NCBI RefSeq assembly: GCF_001194135.2
Contig: NC_068982.1
Coordinates: forward strand, 102,083,276 to 102,147,275
DNA from: Octopus bimaculoides
Lineage: Eukaryota
Direction: 5' to 3'
DNA: 64,000 nt
The notes under the pieces are model-generated. The model did no database searches and was not told where the DNA came from. It was given only the letters and a program-made list of their open reading frames with translations. The position numbers were made by a program, and so were the translations under genes. This document shows positions 10,662-23,889 of this stretch, piece after piece (the stretch's first letter is position 1; each line of letters begins with the position of its first letter).

Positions 10662-12290
10662 CACTGGTGTTTATGGTTTTTGTTTCTTTAGTTGGAGAAA
10701 TGTTTCTTAGTAATTTTCGGGTGCTGATTTCAAAAGTTAAATCCATTTTCCTCTATCACGTTAACATTCTTCGCAAACTCAAATGCCCATGTTTCAACAT
10801 TCTATAAGGATAGTTTTGGCTTCATCAAATGCAGGCCCCTGTGTGGAACTTGGCATAACATAATTTTTCAATATCATTAAAATTATATGCAACTACAAAA
10901 GTGAAAACAAAAGTCATGGTTTAAGTATCTTCAGTGAATAAAAGCCGTCAAACTTGAGCAGCTTTCACTATTTTCAATCTGACCGGTTTGAAATGCCATG
11001 ACAATCACAGAATTCTTTATACAATTACGTGTTAATAAACAACACATTTCTGTGGTCCTTGACATCATGCTTGTCTTATATTTATGGAATTTGTTTGCAG
11101 ATATGCCCACGCTGTGCTTAATTTAGAATAACTATCATTGCAAACCAGGTGCAACGTGTTTTGTTGAACCTTCTATTATTTCTTATGAAAATTGGTATTT
11201 TGAAGTACCTTTAATATTTTAATTGAGGTCACATGCATCAAGGCGATTTTTGTCAAGCATTGTCAAAGAAATATTGAAAGAACTTCATGGTATGCACGCT
11301 CTTTATGAAATTTGCTCTCACAAATCTGTATTTGCTTACATTCTAACAGCTGACAATTCTTGAAATGCTTTTCACAGGTGACAACTGGCTTCAGTATATG
11401 CTTTGTATTTCAGAAATATGGCCAGCTGTAAGAGAAGAGAATGCAGCGACTGGCCCAATGTCTTTTGCTATATTTGTAGATGTTACACTTTACCTAGGCA
11501 GCGAAAGAAAATCACAGATTTGTGAAGAAAGCTTACCTTACTTCGGCATGTAACGGGGTGATTATGACAAAGTCTTGGCACCTCATACAGTGTGTAAGCT
11601 ATGTGTTGAAGCACTGAGACAGTGACTATTTCAAATACTTAAGCAGTAAGATTCCAGCTTTGGCTTGTGAGAAAATTAATGTAGGTGTGTTTAACTGGCT
11701 AGAAATTTGGTGGCTATTGCAGGACGTGTAGGTTTTTGAAGAACGTGTCTGGCGATGAAAAAGAAACATGGAATGCTTTTGCCGCTGTTGTGTCTGATTT
11801 CTTGGTGAAAAGGAAGTCATTAAATTGTGCAAACCTTATTAAGCAGTTTTGGGTCACTGGATTGCAACATCAGTGTAAAAGTGCATTTCCTGCACAGTCA
11901 TCTGGACTATCTCTCGTAGTAAATAGTTTTGTAATAAGTGATGAGCAAGGAGAAAGATTTCACCAAGACTTCGGGACCACGTAGACTAGGTATCAAGGCA
12001 GGTGGAACATAAACATGATAGTTGACTGCTTCTGGTCTCTGCAAAGAGACTGCCTCAATGCAAGTTATTCACGTGAAGCAGCAAAGAGAAATTTCACATA
12101 ATATAAGCAGCTGACCAGCTTATGGGATAAGCAATACAACTATGCTTATTCAGAGAGTAAGTTTTAGAAAAAATCCATGAAATGATAGAAGGAAACTACT
12201 GTAGTTTTGAAATTCGTATGCCAATTTTAGTCTAAATCATGTGAAAAAAGCAAACTCAAGAGAAGTTATGTTCAAAATTGTTTCCCAGTG
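10662..12290 (+). mobile_element. Internally deleted Tc1/mariner-superfamily DNA transposon (TcMar-m44-like transposase pseudogene)
   Basis: Termini TA|CACTGG (10660-10667) and CCAGTG|TT (12285-12292); degenerate subterminal inverted repeats (~10700-10762 versus ~12183-12242); frameshifted peptides YFGM*RGDYDKVLAPHTVCKLCVEALRQ, DEKETWNAFAAVVSDFLVKRK and LDCNISVKVHFLHSHLDY…SDEQGERFHQD…RYQGRWNINM. The m44 label is from recalled motifs and needs confirming. Confidence 0.8.
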
Positions 12291-12374
12291 TTCTTTGTTC
12301 TCTTTGCTTCGTTTGGAGAAACGAGGCAGTATGTTTATACTGGCGATGAGCTGAGAATAGTGGAGGATCATTCG

Positions 12375-12548
12375 TGTATGTATAAGGCGGATTTCTTTCA
12401 GTTTCCGTCTACCAGATCCATTCACTAGGTTTTGGTCGGCCCGAAGCTATTGTAGAAGACACTCCATCAAGTTGCCACGTAGTGGAACTGAACTCAGAAT
12501 CATGCACTTGAGAAGAAAGCTTCGTACCACACAGCCACCCTTGCGCCT
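12375..12548 (-). mobile_element. SINE family B, 5' half (tRNA-like head plus CORE-like box)
   Basis: Sense gggtggctgtgtggtacgaagctttc…ctgagttcagttccactacgtggcaac…gtcttctacaatagcttcgggccgacc…tggtagacggaaactgaaagaaatcc, homologous to 19655-19820. Confidence 0.85.
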
Positions 12549-13242
12549 AACTAATGTTTCTTTCATATTTTTTTCCTATCTAGTTTTACTTTGTGATATG
12601 TTATATAATGTGAGCTAGTGATTCGTTATTGGGGATACATGGTCAGCTAACAACAAAGTATGGTGCTCAACACAACTGTTATATTCATGAAATTTAAATC
12701 TTTCGACTTGACTTTGCATCTGGATTAGTAAATTACATTAGTCATTTGAAGTTTATTCAACGGCTTGCAATTTTGAATGTTATTGTTGATGTGGAGAATT
12801 TTGCCTTACGTGGCTTTTTCTAATAAATTATTAGAATTGATTTATGGCTGAGTGTAATACATATTGTGCTCTGCTAAAATATTTTTTTTTAAGTAAAGGA
12901 TTCATTTGTTTTATAGCCATCGTGCATTTGCATCAGATAATATACTTTATGTTCGGGTTATTAGTTTTTATTGGTTCTGTGTATGTTGTTTTCATTGTAT
13001 CGAATTTCTTTCAATAATGTTGCATGATATTAGATCTGTGTCGTCAAAAGTATTAGCAAAGTCGTTACTAGCTACAGTTTGTTTTAAACTATGGATTTCT
13101 TTGCATTCTGCTACGTAATTTTTTGTTGGGGTCTATTTTGTGTTTTTTTTTTAGTAAGATCTAAACATGTTTCTTAGAAATAAATTTATGGCTAAAGTGT
13201 TATATCTCAAGTTTTATATCTATTCATTATTCTCATTTATAT

Positions 13243-13320
13243 ATAGATTCAGTTATACTGATAAAATAAATAGATTTAGTTATACTGATAAAATAAATAC
13301 ATTCAGTTATACTGATAAAA
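13243..13320. repeat. 27-bp minisatellite, about 3 copies (ATAGATTCAGTTATACTGATAAAATAA); another 27-bp duplication at 10133-10186
   Basis: Directly visible tandem units at 13243, 13270 and 13297. Confidence 0.9.
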
Positions 13321-14839
13321 TTTATGCATTATTTCTTATTCTTATATTCATACTGCAGAATGGGATTGATGAACCGCTTGAATTTTAACTTATATTCAAT
13401 ACTTACGTTTAAAATAGTTACTTTACGAAGTGTTTTCTTTGTCTGAAAACTTCTATCTTGTGATTGGTGGTGTATATTGTATTTATTGTAGTATATTTTT
13501 TATACATATATATAAATCTTCTAAAGCAAAATTATAACTATCGTTCGTTTAATATACTTTTTGCCTATGTTATTTACATGCCTGCTTTTTTGAACTATTA
13601 GCACTCAGAGCTCTAATCAAACAGAGTACTAAACAACGGAATGACTGGCCATCACAACCGGCGGCTGCTCCTGACGATTATTTTTTAAAATGATATTTAA
13701 CTGTCCTGGAGAGGGATTGGTGATACTCTCCAATAAGCAAACACGTAAACAATTTCTTTCATATTGCAGATGGGTTATGGAGCTAACCAACTCTTCCCAG
13801 GTACATTTTCGACGTCTGCTCTCTCTAAATCTTCTATTTCCTCCCCATCCTTGCCATTTACCCCCCCCACACACACACACACACACACGCACACACACAT
13901 ACACACGCACATACACACGCACGCACGTGCGCGTGTGTGTATGAATGCAAGTATTTATGAATGTAGAGAGGTATAAATGTATGTATACATGTTTGTATAG
14001 GCTGGACATCTGAAGTATTTGGCTTTTTGCTCACGGTAATATGTAACTGCAGTGTTCGTTTAATGACTGAGTCATCGTTGATAGTCCAGCAACGCCATTG
14101 AGTTTTATCATTGCGAAAGCAAGAGAAAAGACGAGTGCCACCAAAATTCAAGGCGGCAGCAGATGCTATCTCCGACATTGTCTCCGCAGTTGGGCAGGAA
14201 CAGGTGTTGAGCCACGGATAAAGCGACATTACGGTGCTGTTCTAGCAACTCTTTTACCATATCAATTAAAAAATTAAGTAGCAAGTATCTCCAGGTTAAT
14301 GAAAGCATCTTAAAACTATCTTCGACAAAGACGGATGAGAGAAATATACACACATACATATATACTTGGATACACACATATCTGAGTAAGTCTGGATGAT
14401 CACGGTAAAATAAAAATAAAAATATGCATATTTTCATTTCATGCATACTTTCCTTTCATTTATTCTTCAGAGACATTGATTACAACCACAAATACCTCGA
14501 TTAAATGAATTAAGATTTACTTTATGAATCTCATATGTGTAGTTACCACACGTCCAACCAAAACACACACACATATGTATGCGCGCATTTGTGTACTTTC
14601 ATGCATATATAATTACTAATTAGTCCGATGGTGAATAGAGTATTCTCCATAGACTTTACATATATGCTAATATAACAGAAAAAGAAGTGGTTGATGTCCA
14701 GTTTCATCTTTTATAAGCACGCGTGCCTGTACAAACTTGCGTGTATGAATTTGTTTCTCGTGTGTATGTAGGTTTTTATATGCGAATAATTTTCAATTTA
14801 TAGGTAGAAAACTGGGCCACGCTATCGTAGAGGATAAAT

Positions 14840-15222
14840 TGTTGGCACTCCGTTGCTTACGACGTCGTGTGTACCAGTTGATCCGATCAACGGAACAGCC
14901 TGCTCGTGAAATTAACGTGCAAGTGGCTGAGCACTCCACAGACACGTGTACCCTTAACGTAGTTCTCGGGGATATTCAGCGTGACACAGTGTGACAAGGC
15001 TGACCCTTTGAATTACAGGCACAACAGAAACAGGAAGTAAGAGTGAGAGAAAGTTGTGGTGAAAGAGTACAGCAGGGTTCGCCACCATCCCCTGCAGGAG
15101 CCTCGTGAAGCTTTTACATGTTTTCTCTCAATAAACACCCACAACACCCGGTCTAGGAATCGAAACTGCGATCCTATGACCGCGAGTCCGCTGCCCTAAC
15201 CACTGGGCCATTGCGCCTCCAC
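14840..15222 (-). mobile_element. SINE family C, full length, tRNA-derived head, (CAA) tail, 11-bp TSD
   Basis: Sense head gtggaggcgcaatggcccagtggttagggcagcggactcgcggtcataggatcgcagtttcgattcc (A/B boxes); end …cggagtgccaacaa; TSD AGAGGATAAAT at 14829-14839 and 15223-15233. Confidence 0.9.
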
Positions 15223-15979
15223 AGAGGATAAATAACCACAGATAATCAGAGAATCTCATCATTCCGACAACACTCTCTTCATGTTAAATATTATTGTCTC
15301 ATACTTCAGGTGATGTTGAAAACAGGAAGACCTAACCGTCATTTTCTCCACTCTCTCACAAATTACCCAAAGGCAAAACTCTCTCTCTGAACAACACGCC
15401 GCTTTAGGTGTTATGTAAAAGTTTTTTTTCTCTGCAATTAAGTTTTCTTTGAAAATATATACTAAAACCCCAACTTCCTTTACTCACTTTAGGCCAAATA
15501 ACGAGAAAATTGCCGATATTCTTACCACCCTAATGAGCAGCCGATAAGGAGATTTCTGCAGCTTTCTCCCTAGAATTTGATCATCAATTATATTGAATTG
15601 GTTTGTTAAATCACAAATATATATTTGTTGCAGGTTGTGCGCATAAACTATTGAGTATACTTCAATATATTACTGAACATTTTTCTATCGGCCAAACCAA
15701 CTCCAGTGGAATTCGAATAAGGAAAGTTGCAGATGAATGATATGATAATTAAAAGGTGTTTGTCAATCCGGCTTCGTAGCATTTTATTTTTTTCATAGTC
15801 TGAATGTTTTCCAATCACATCAAATAGATTAATAACAGAAACAATTCAACTGCCAACTAAAAGCAATAAACTTGGAAAATAATAAGCATCTCCACCACTG
15901 CCACTTCAAGCCAAATAAAAAACGGCAAGAACAAAAGTATGGATATTTAAGAATAATGAGAGACATTAATTAGTTTGGT

Positions 15980-15999
15980 GTGTTCTCTCTTTCTCTTTA

Positions 16000-16033
<34 letters not shown>

Positions 16034-16145
16034 TCTCTCTCTCTCTTTCTTTCTTTCTCTCTCTTCCTCTCTCTGCTTCTCTCTGTTTATCTATGCAACT
16101 ATATATCTCTTTCCAATTCACTAATTTACACCCCCACATCTGTGT

Positions 16146-16184
<39 letters not shown>

Positions 16185-16810
16185 TGCGTGTGTATTTGCT
16201 CGTCTCTCTCTCTATCTCTCTCTCTCTCTCTCTTTGCAATATCATTTCTCAAGGATCATCAATATAGTTAGTCACAGCTGTCGATCTGTCATAATCATTC
16301 GACTATCATTAATATCAGTCTAATTTACACACACACACACACATTTCTCTGTCTCTATCTCTGTTTTTGTCTCTGTCTGTCTTTCTTTCTCTCTCTTTCT
16401 ATCTCTCTCTCTCTTTTTCTGACAGTCTTTACCACTCTCTCTTTTGCTCTCGCCCTCTTTCTCACGATCTCTCCAACTCTCTCTTTCTCCCCCTCTCTCC
16501 CTTTTTCTTCTCTCTTTCTCCCCTTCTCTCCCTTTTCTCTCTCTCTCTCTCTCTCACATGCACACGCTCTTTCTCCCACTCTCACTCTCATTCCCTCCCT
16601 CTTTCCTATTGATTTTATTGCTACCTCCTTTCTTTCCACCTTCCCACTTGTCTCACTCTCCAGATACTCCTTCACTCTCATCCATCTTCAGTCCATATAT
16701 TTAAAAAAAAAAAAAATTCAACCAATTCTTTGTCATTGTCGTATCATCTCTTTCTTGCATTTTCCTCTCCCCACCCCTATATTCTCCTCTCCGTTCCGTT
16801 CTCTCTCTTA
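15980..16810. repeat. Long CT-rich polypyrimidine/polypurine region with an embedded (GT)n block
   Basis: Directly visible (CT)n, (CTTT)-like and TC-rich tracts. Confidence 0.85.
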
Positions 16811-17370
16811 CTTTGTTCTCAATAATTTAAAGATTCATCGGTTTATTCTTGTTTCCTTCTTTGGTCATTTATTTCTTCATGAAATACCATTTCAGCAATG
16901 ATGAATTGAGTGTCAAATTTCTGTTCCCTCAACGAAATTTAAAGGAAAAAATTTTTTCGTATAGATAAATGTGTTTGTGTGTCTGTCTAAATGTGTGCAT
17001 GTATATATAAATATATATACATACTCACACCAAACACACACCTACACACACCAAACACACACCTACACACACATGCACACACCAAACACACACCTACACG
17101 CACATACACACTCACATATATATACATATATTTGTCTCTCTATATGTGTGTGTATATGTATGTTTGTATGTGTATATGTATGGACGTATGTACGCACATA
17201 CGTATGTATGTATATATGTATGCATGTATGTACAGAATTAAATAATTAAAGGAAATAATATAAAATGCGTGACATTGCAAGAATTAAATAGTATTTAAAG
17301 ACAGGAAGTGAACAAAACATACACGTATGCACTTTATACGTATACATAATCATATAGATAGGTATGTGTT

Positions 17371-17454
<84 letters not shown>

Positions 17455-17458
17455 CATA

Positions 17459-17499
<41 letters not shown>

Positions 17500-19078
17500 C
17501 ATGTGTGTGAACTTCTAGGACTCTCTCTTTACCTTTTCCTCCTCTCTTTCTCTTTCTTTCTGTTTGCCATTATTGCCAATCCACTGAGGAATCAGTCTTT
17601 TAGCCCTTGATACATATGTATATGTATAGACAGATGCATGCATGCATACAGACACATACACATGCACAAGCACATATACATACGTACACACAAAGATTAT
17701 ACATACATTTATATCTAACCTTATTAATAAGGCTTTTATCGACATTGTTGATTTCTTTATTAAAACATGAGTAATTTTACCTTCTATTCATTCCTACTCA
17801 GTAAATGGAAGTTTTGCCTTTGTAATAAATCATTATACGTAATGATAGTGATTGTGCATTAAGTATGGAAGGCCAAAGGGCCTATAAGTGCCACAAGATA
17901 TCAATAATCCAGCAAAACAAGAATAAAACATGGATTGCGAAATTTAGAATTACGTACAAATTTCAGAAGACGGTAGTGTAGAAAACTGCTTACTTTTCTT
18001 TAGAATTGATTAGTGTGCTCCCATCCGTTACCGTCAAGGATCAAATTATGTTTGTTTCCACGTTGTGTATCTGCTACCCTGGTCCATATAGTGTTTTTCA
18101 TTCTTTCCTGTCTTATAAATCAGCCTCATCTCTGACAACACAACCGTCTTGTTTCATGTTACAGAAAGAAATAACTGAAAGTCATTCTCACAGTCAGCAT
18201 GTCGATGTTCATTTTTTAAAAAGATATATTCTAATTTGCCAACTAGCAACCTCTCTAATCTAATTTTTATTGCTTCTTTATTTTCAAGCGTTTTTGATAC
18301 TAGTTTAATTGGCCCTATTAGGAAGCCCCCCCACCTCGCTGTTCATAATGAGCGCCCTCGACAACTGCCACATTCGGTAATTCCCTATATGAATATACAG
18401 TACACTAGCCGGGTCCCTGTCTTTGTTTCCCGTCTAGATCATCTCTGACATTGAAAACTTTGTTCTGTGTAGTGACTGCTTAAAATTGTTGACCATCTTC
18501 ACTATTTCTACTGCTGACTAGACGAATAATTTATCAGACACGAACTGAATGCATTGATACAGTTGCTCGATACTTATAAGACACACCTTTTCAATCAGTT
18601 AAATCAAAACAAGTCCAGTATGTATCTGAATTATCATCTTAAAATTTTTATCGGCTGTAAAAATTATGGCGTTCCCCATGAACTCTTCCATACACTTTTA
18701 AATTTTTGAACTCATTTGATTCCTCGCTTTGCTATATTAGGTGGGTCAGATCTTTATCCGTTTCTATTAGATGGAAAATATAACGAAAGGTTTTATTTAT
18801 ATACTTTTGTCTTGAAACCGCCTTCAACTATCCATTTGTGCATGCGTCAGTTTCTTCATTCTTTGATATTCAGTGCTTATATATCTTTCGTTCTCCTATA
18901 TGACATTCTGTAGCATTGCTTGAGCGGCATTCCTATCCGATTTGTAAACGAGCCGCTAGGTTTCTCCTCTCCCACGGGACTGATCATTTCTTCGCGATTC
19001 TTGTTGCACTGGCACCTGTCTTCTTTTAGTCGTTGTTGTTATTATTCTACCAATTAAGCCGGCGAGCTGGATCTAGTT

Positions 19079-19827
19079 TTTTTTTTTCCATTCGCAAAAC
19101 ATGCCTTTTTTTAAAGGAAATAAAAATCTGAAAATCGGCTATAATAATGTAGCCTTTGAAGGCATGATGTTGTGGAGAAAAAAATTGGAGAAAAAAAGTT
19201 AGAGGTTAAAAATCGAAAAAACTGCATTTTTAGCCAATAGCAAGACAGAAATTTTCTGCGTTTAGCGGAGCGGTGTCAACTTTAAGGTTGTACCCTGTAA
19301 AATTTATAGTTTAGCGTCTGACCTGTTCAGTGTAAGTTTGTAAATAAACAGAAATACCTCATAAAATCAACATGTATCATCTTACTGCTTCTTTTATAAT
19401 TTCATTGATTGTATATATTTATCACTTTTTAAAAAATTGCTATATTAATATATTTGTCTGCGTGTGTTTACTTTATGCGTATTATGTATACCTGTCATGT
19501 ATTTGTGTACATCATTAATATATAAGTGCATGTGTGTGTGTGTGTATTAAGTAACGTTTTCATGCCTGGATTTGTAAGCTACGATTAGAATGACACTGGT
19601 TAACAAAGAATTTGTTCCAAGGAAAAGAATACCAGTATCTTATATGTTGTTGCATGCAGAATGAGGAGTGGTTGTGTGGTAAGTAGCTTGCTTACGAACC
19701 ACATGGTTCCGGGTTCAGTCCCACTGCGTGGCACCTTGGGTAAGTGTCTTCTACTATAGCCTCGGGTCGACCAAAGCCTTTTGAGTGGATTTGGTAGACG
19801 GAAACTGAAGGAAGCCCGTCGTATATA

Positions 19828-19868
<41 letters not shown>

Positions 19869-20572
19869 TTGTGTGTCTGTGTTTGTCCCCCCCCCCCAAC
19901 ATCGCTTGTCAACCGATGCTGGTGTGTTTACGTCCCCGTAAATTAGCCGTTCGGCAAAAGAGACCGATAGAATGAGTACTAGGCATCCAAAGAATAAATC
20001 CTGGGGTCGATTTACTCGACTAAAGGCGGTGCTCCAGCATGGCCACAGTCAAATGACTGAAACAAGTAAAAGAGTAATTTAAATTTTTATTAATAGAATT
20101 AACCTAGTGAAATCATAAATCCAGCTATCTGTCTCAATAAGTTTCCAAAATATAGGAAATGAAAAATATTTAAAAATACTAACACAGAGAAGCACAGAAA
20201 AATATGTAATATACTAACACACAGAAAAATTAAAATAAAACACGCGGGTGAAAGGAATCTCATGTTGTAAAGAATCAAGTGTGAAAAATCAACATAGACA
20301 ACAGCGGCAGAGACAACAATGAACCACCACAACACAGCATGCGGTTGTCATGGTAACAAGCTGCTAATGCCACGCTGTCTGTTGATTCGCTAAAATTACC
20401 CAAATTTTCCAACTTTAATTCCAAATAACATCAGATTCTTTAATTTACGAAATAAGTAAATTGGTTGATCATAATCGAAATTCAGAGTTGCATCGATACA
20501 CCAAAACTGAAAGCAATCTGAGCAAAATTAAGCGGGGGGGGGCTCATTTTGTGAATGAGAAAGACTAGATCC
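19079..20572. mobile_element. Non-autonomous DNA transposon with GG termini and 8-bp TSD (Merlin-like), containing a nested SINE B
   Basis: Left end GGATCTAGT(T)nCCATTCGCAAAACATGCC; right end, reverse-complemented, GGATCTAGTCTTTCTCATTCACAAAATGAGCC; flanks GGCGAGCT (19071-19078) and GGTGAGCT (20573-20580). No transposase ORF seen. Confidence 0.7.
19655..20075 (+). mobile_element. SINE family B, full length, with internal (TA/TG)n
   Basis: gaggagtggttgtgtggtaagtagcttgc…gggttcagtcccactgcgtggcaccttgggtaagtgtc…(TA/TG)n…ctggggtcgatttactcgactaaaggcggtgctccagcatggcc…gaaacaagtaaaagag. Confidence 0.9.
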
Positions 20573-21421
20573 GGTGAGCTTAACAGCATTTCACCCGTCA
20601 CTACGTTCTGAGTTCAAATTCTCTCGAGGTTGACTTTGTCTTTCATCCTTACAGGGTTGATAAATTTAGTACCAGTGAAACACTGGGGTCGGTGCAATCG
20701 ATTAGTAGTCCCCTCCCCAAGAAATTTCAGGCCTTGTGCCTATAGAAAAAATGTTATGGTGGTGCCGGAGCCAGAGGATGTAGTGGAAGTAAGGTTGTTG
20801 GTAGCTCTGCTCTTGTGGTAATAATAATTGTTTCGGGAATTTTCGGACAACTTGTCACTGAAACAACGTGTTATTATTTTGCTGTTGTCGTTACTATTGC
20901 TAGTCATGTTGCCGTGTGGTTTCTGTTTGCCACGTGGCTGCTGCTGTTGTTGTTGTTGTTTTTATTGTTGTTGTTGTTGTTGTTGTTGCTTTTGTTTTCT
21001 GTTTTGTTTTTGTTGTTCTTCTTCTTACTTTCACCTGTCGCAGTGTAGGCAATGTTATTTGAAATTGGACTGTTGACTGCGAAACAAAGAGATATTCGTT
21101 CCTGAAATAGCGAAGGGAAAGATTTCATTAGCTGCTCGAATCGCCATCCGCTCCACTCTTTTGTTGTCAGGCTTGCATAGACGCCATCATACTGAATGTT
21201 ATTGAAATTGCTTCGCTGAGTGGGAACAGGAAAAACTTTTAATAATATATAGACTCAAAGGCTGACAAACTGCATAAATTGACCAATCCTTAATATTCGG
21301 TTCAGCAACAAAAGAGTCGATAAATCAACAATAACAAAATCCTAGAATGCAAAATTATCGACGAACTTTTAAAAACTTTTTGGGGGCGTACCAAAATACA
21401 TCTTACGTGGATAGAAGCAAA

Positions 21422-21483
<62 letters not shown>

Positions 21484-21504
21484 TGATGATGATGATGATA
21501 ATAG

Positions 21505-21720
21505 TACTAATCCTTTGTATTGGAGGCACAAGGCCTCAAATTTAGGGAGAGGGGACAGGTCGATTACAGCGACCCTAGTGTTTCACTAGTACTTAATTTA
21601 TCGACAGCGAAAGTATGAAAGGCAAAGTCCACCTCGGCGGAATTTGAACTCAGGACGTAGCGGCAGGCGAAATACCGCTAAGCATTTCGCTCGGCGTGCT
21701 GACGATTCTGTCAGCTCACC

Positions 21721-21722
<2 letters not shown>
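21505..21722 (-). mobile_element. SINE family A, full length, embedded between (AAT)n arrays (21421-21500 and 21721-21775)
   Basis: Sense ggtgagctgacagaatcgtcagcacgccgagcgaaatgcttagcgg…gagttcaaattccgccgagg…aaatttgaggccttgtgcctcc; triplet arrays on both sides. Confidence 0.9.
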
Positions 21723-21774
<52 letters not shown>

Positions 21775-23499
21775 TGTAACTTCAAAATAATGCTGACGGT
21801 AATTACAAGATGAACAACGACAGTCATGACACTATAATATCTCTTAATTTCATATTCCTGTGTTGTTCATTGTATTTATCATCAAAANNNNNNNNNNNNN
21901 NNNNNNNNNNNNNNNNNNNNNNNNNNNNNNNNNNNNNNNNNNNNNNNNNNNNNNNNNNNNNNNNNNNNNNNNNNNNNNNNNNNNNNNNNNNNNNNNNNNN
22001 NNNNNNNNNNNNNNNNNNNNNNNNNNNNNNNNNNNNNNNNNNNNNNNNNNNNNNNNNNNNNNNNNNNNNNNNNNNNNNNNNNNNNNNNNNNNNNNNNNNN
22101 NNNNNNNNNNNNNNNNNNNNNNNNNNNNNNNNNNNAGAGACAGAGGGGTGAGTATGCGTGCGTGCGTGCGTACGGGCGTGTGTGTGTGTGTGTGTTTATG
22201 TGTGTGTGTTTCGCCTGTTTGTGTAGTGAAGCAATAAAAAGAAATATGACTAAGTCCATTGCAGTCATAAAGGAAAAGGAATGACGATGCGAAAAGTAGT
22301 TCTTGTACCCACCCAATTTCCATTAAAACGAACTCAACACAATGAAAGGAGACAAAATAGGATATAGAAAAAAAAACATGGAAAAAAGAGAAGTAGATTG
22401 ATAGAAAAAATAATACAAAGAATAATGAAAAGAGAGATGAGGAGCCTCTGGTTATTCACTTATACTCAATCAAACAAAGAATTTTTGCTGGTACGTCGCC
22501 CTGACTATTGACCTATTCTTTCTGTTTTAAAAAGCGTGTTATCTCTAAAACTATTTCCCTCATGGCTTGAACACTGTGAATATCTTGTGTTATCTACGAA
22601 ATAATTTCTTCGTAGCCTTCGCGCTTTTGATAGAGATGAAGAAGAGTTTTAATATCTAAATTATGGAGATACGGATACGCAGAAATTTAGCAAGAAAATT
22701 TATATATGAATATACCCACTTGGACGATTGAGAAGAGAAGAAAATAAAATATTGCTGTTCAAAAAAACAAATGTATTTAATTTTAGAAAGGAATCTATAC
22801 TAGAAATTAAATAAAACTTATCAGCGGAGGTCACCAGAGTAATGTCACGAGACAATACATACATACAAACATACATATATATACGTATACGTGTGTGTGT
22901 ATGTGTGCGTGTGTGCTTATGTCTGTGCCTGTGTTTCCGTGTGTGTGTATATATATGTATATATGAATATATATATATATATATATATATATGCCTCTGT
23001 GTATATATGTGTGTGTGTGTGTGTGTGTCTATTTATGTATATATCTATATGTACGCATGATGCATATATGTAAATTTATGAAATTGCTTTCCCATGATTC
23101 ACTATACGTCTTGTGTATGTGTGTGTGTGCGTATACATGTGTGAGAAAGAGACGTCTGTTGTGTGCGTACATGTGCGAGTGTGTGTATCTGTGTGTGTGC
23201 GCGCACTTGTGTGTGGCTATGCGCGCATGTGCATCTACATATGTGTGTATGTAGTAACCATTATTTTCCCATTATTTTAAAAGTATGTCTGTGAACATTT
23301 GATAAATGAGTTTATCTGTAAAATTATTGTTAAGTTGACCAGCAAGTAGGAATAAAATTATTTCCATATTTGTTTATGACAAAGTTATGTACAATAATGT
23401 ATTAGTCTAGAGATTTTTTTTTTATCTCTCTTAAATAATTTTTCTTTGTGTGTCGAGAGAATGGTGATGCTACTATGGACATAGCAAGCCCTCCCAGAC

Positions 23500-23765
23500 C
23501 AGCGAGTTCGGTACTTCAACATTGTAAGTCGACGGCTGCAGAGAAAAGCTGGTCAAGGGAGGAACTCAAGAGCATCAACATTCTAGGGAGGAAGGTGTAG
23601 GAGCAATGATTAGAAGCAGGGGGATATAATCTAAGTAACAGACGGAAGTGAGACAACTGAGAGGCGAGTATATGAAAAAAGGCGACTCGATATCAGTTAG
23701 TTCAACTGAGCAAAGGTCACCATAGTAGCGGTAAAGATCCGAGTGAGGATACAACACTTACATGT
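23500..23765 (-). mobile_element. CR1/L2-group LINE, 3' end of ORF2 (degenerate)
   Basis: Peptides DLYRYYGDLCSVELTDI and FLPRMLMLLSS…DQLFSAAVDLQC match the recalled LFYRYY.G.CS.EL…SFFPRT..LWNSLP..VFP…DL..FK terminal motifs. Confidence 0.7.
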
Positions 23766-23889
23766 GTCAGATTTGGGGTGTGGTTACGAGTGACATTACC
23801 TCATTCAGTTCGGTTATGCAACCGCGGGGCTGTGTGTGTAGTAGAAGTACAGTTCTCATTCTGTTCTCACTCAACTTCATTTCTCATTC

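Larger units (their letters stand above)
19071..20755 (+). mobile_element. SINE family A split by the TIR element (head remnant to 19078; body 20573-20755)
   Basis: gccggcgagct before the insertion; taacagcatttcacccgtcactacgttctgagttcaaattc…aaatttcaggccttgtgcctatag after it. Confidence 0.75.

Noticed and set aside
13640-14290. GC-richer unique stretches with short ORFs on both strands
   Set aside because: No recognisable domain or consistent splice signals in any frame.
14840-15222. tRNA gene (also considered for 45846-45920)
   Set aside because: A/B boxes are present, but the sequence continues into SINE body and tail with TSDs and has no complete cloverleaf or acceptor stem.
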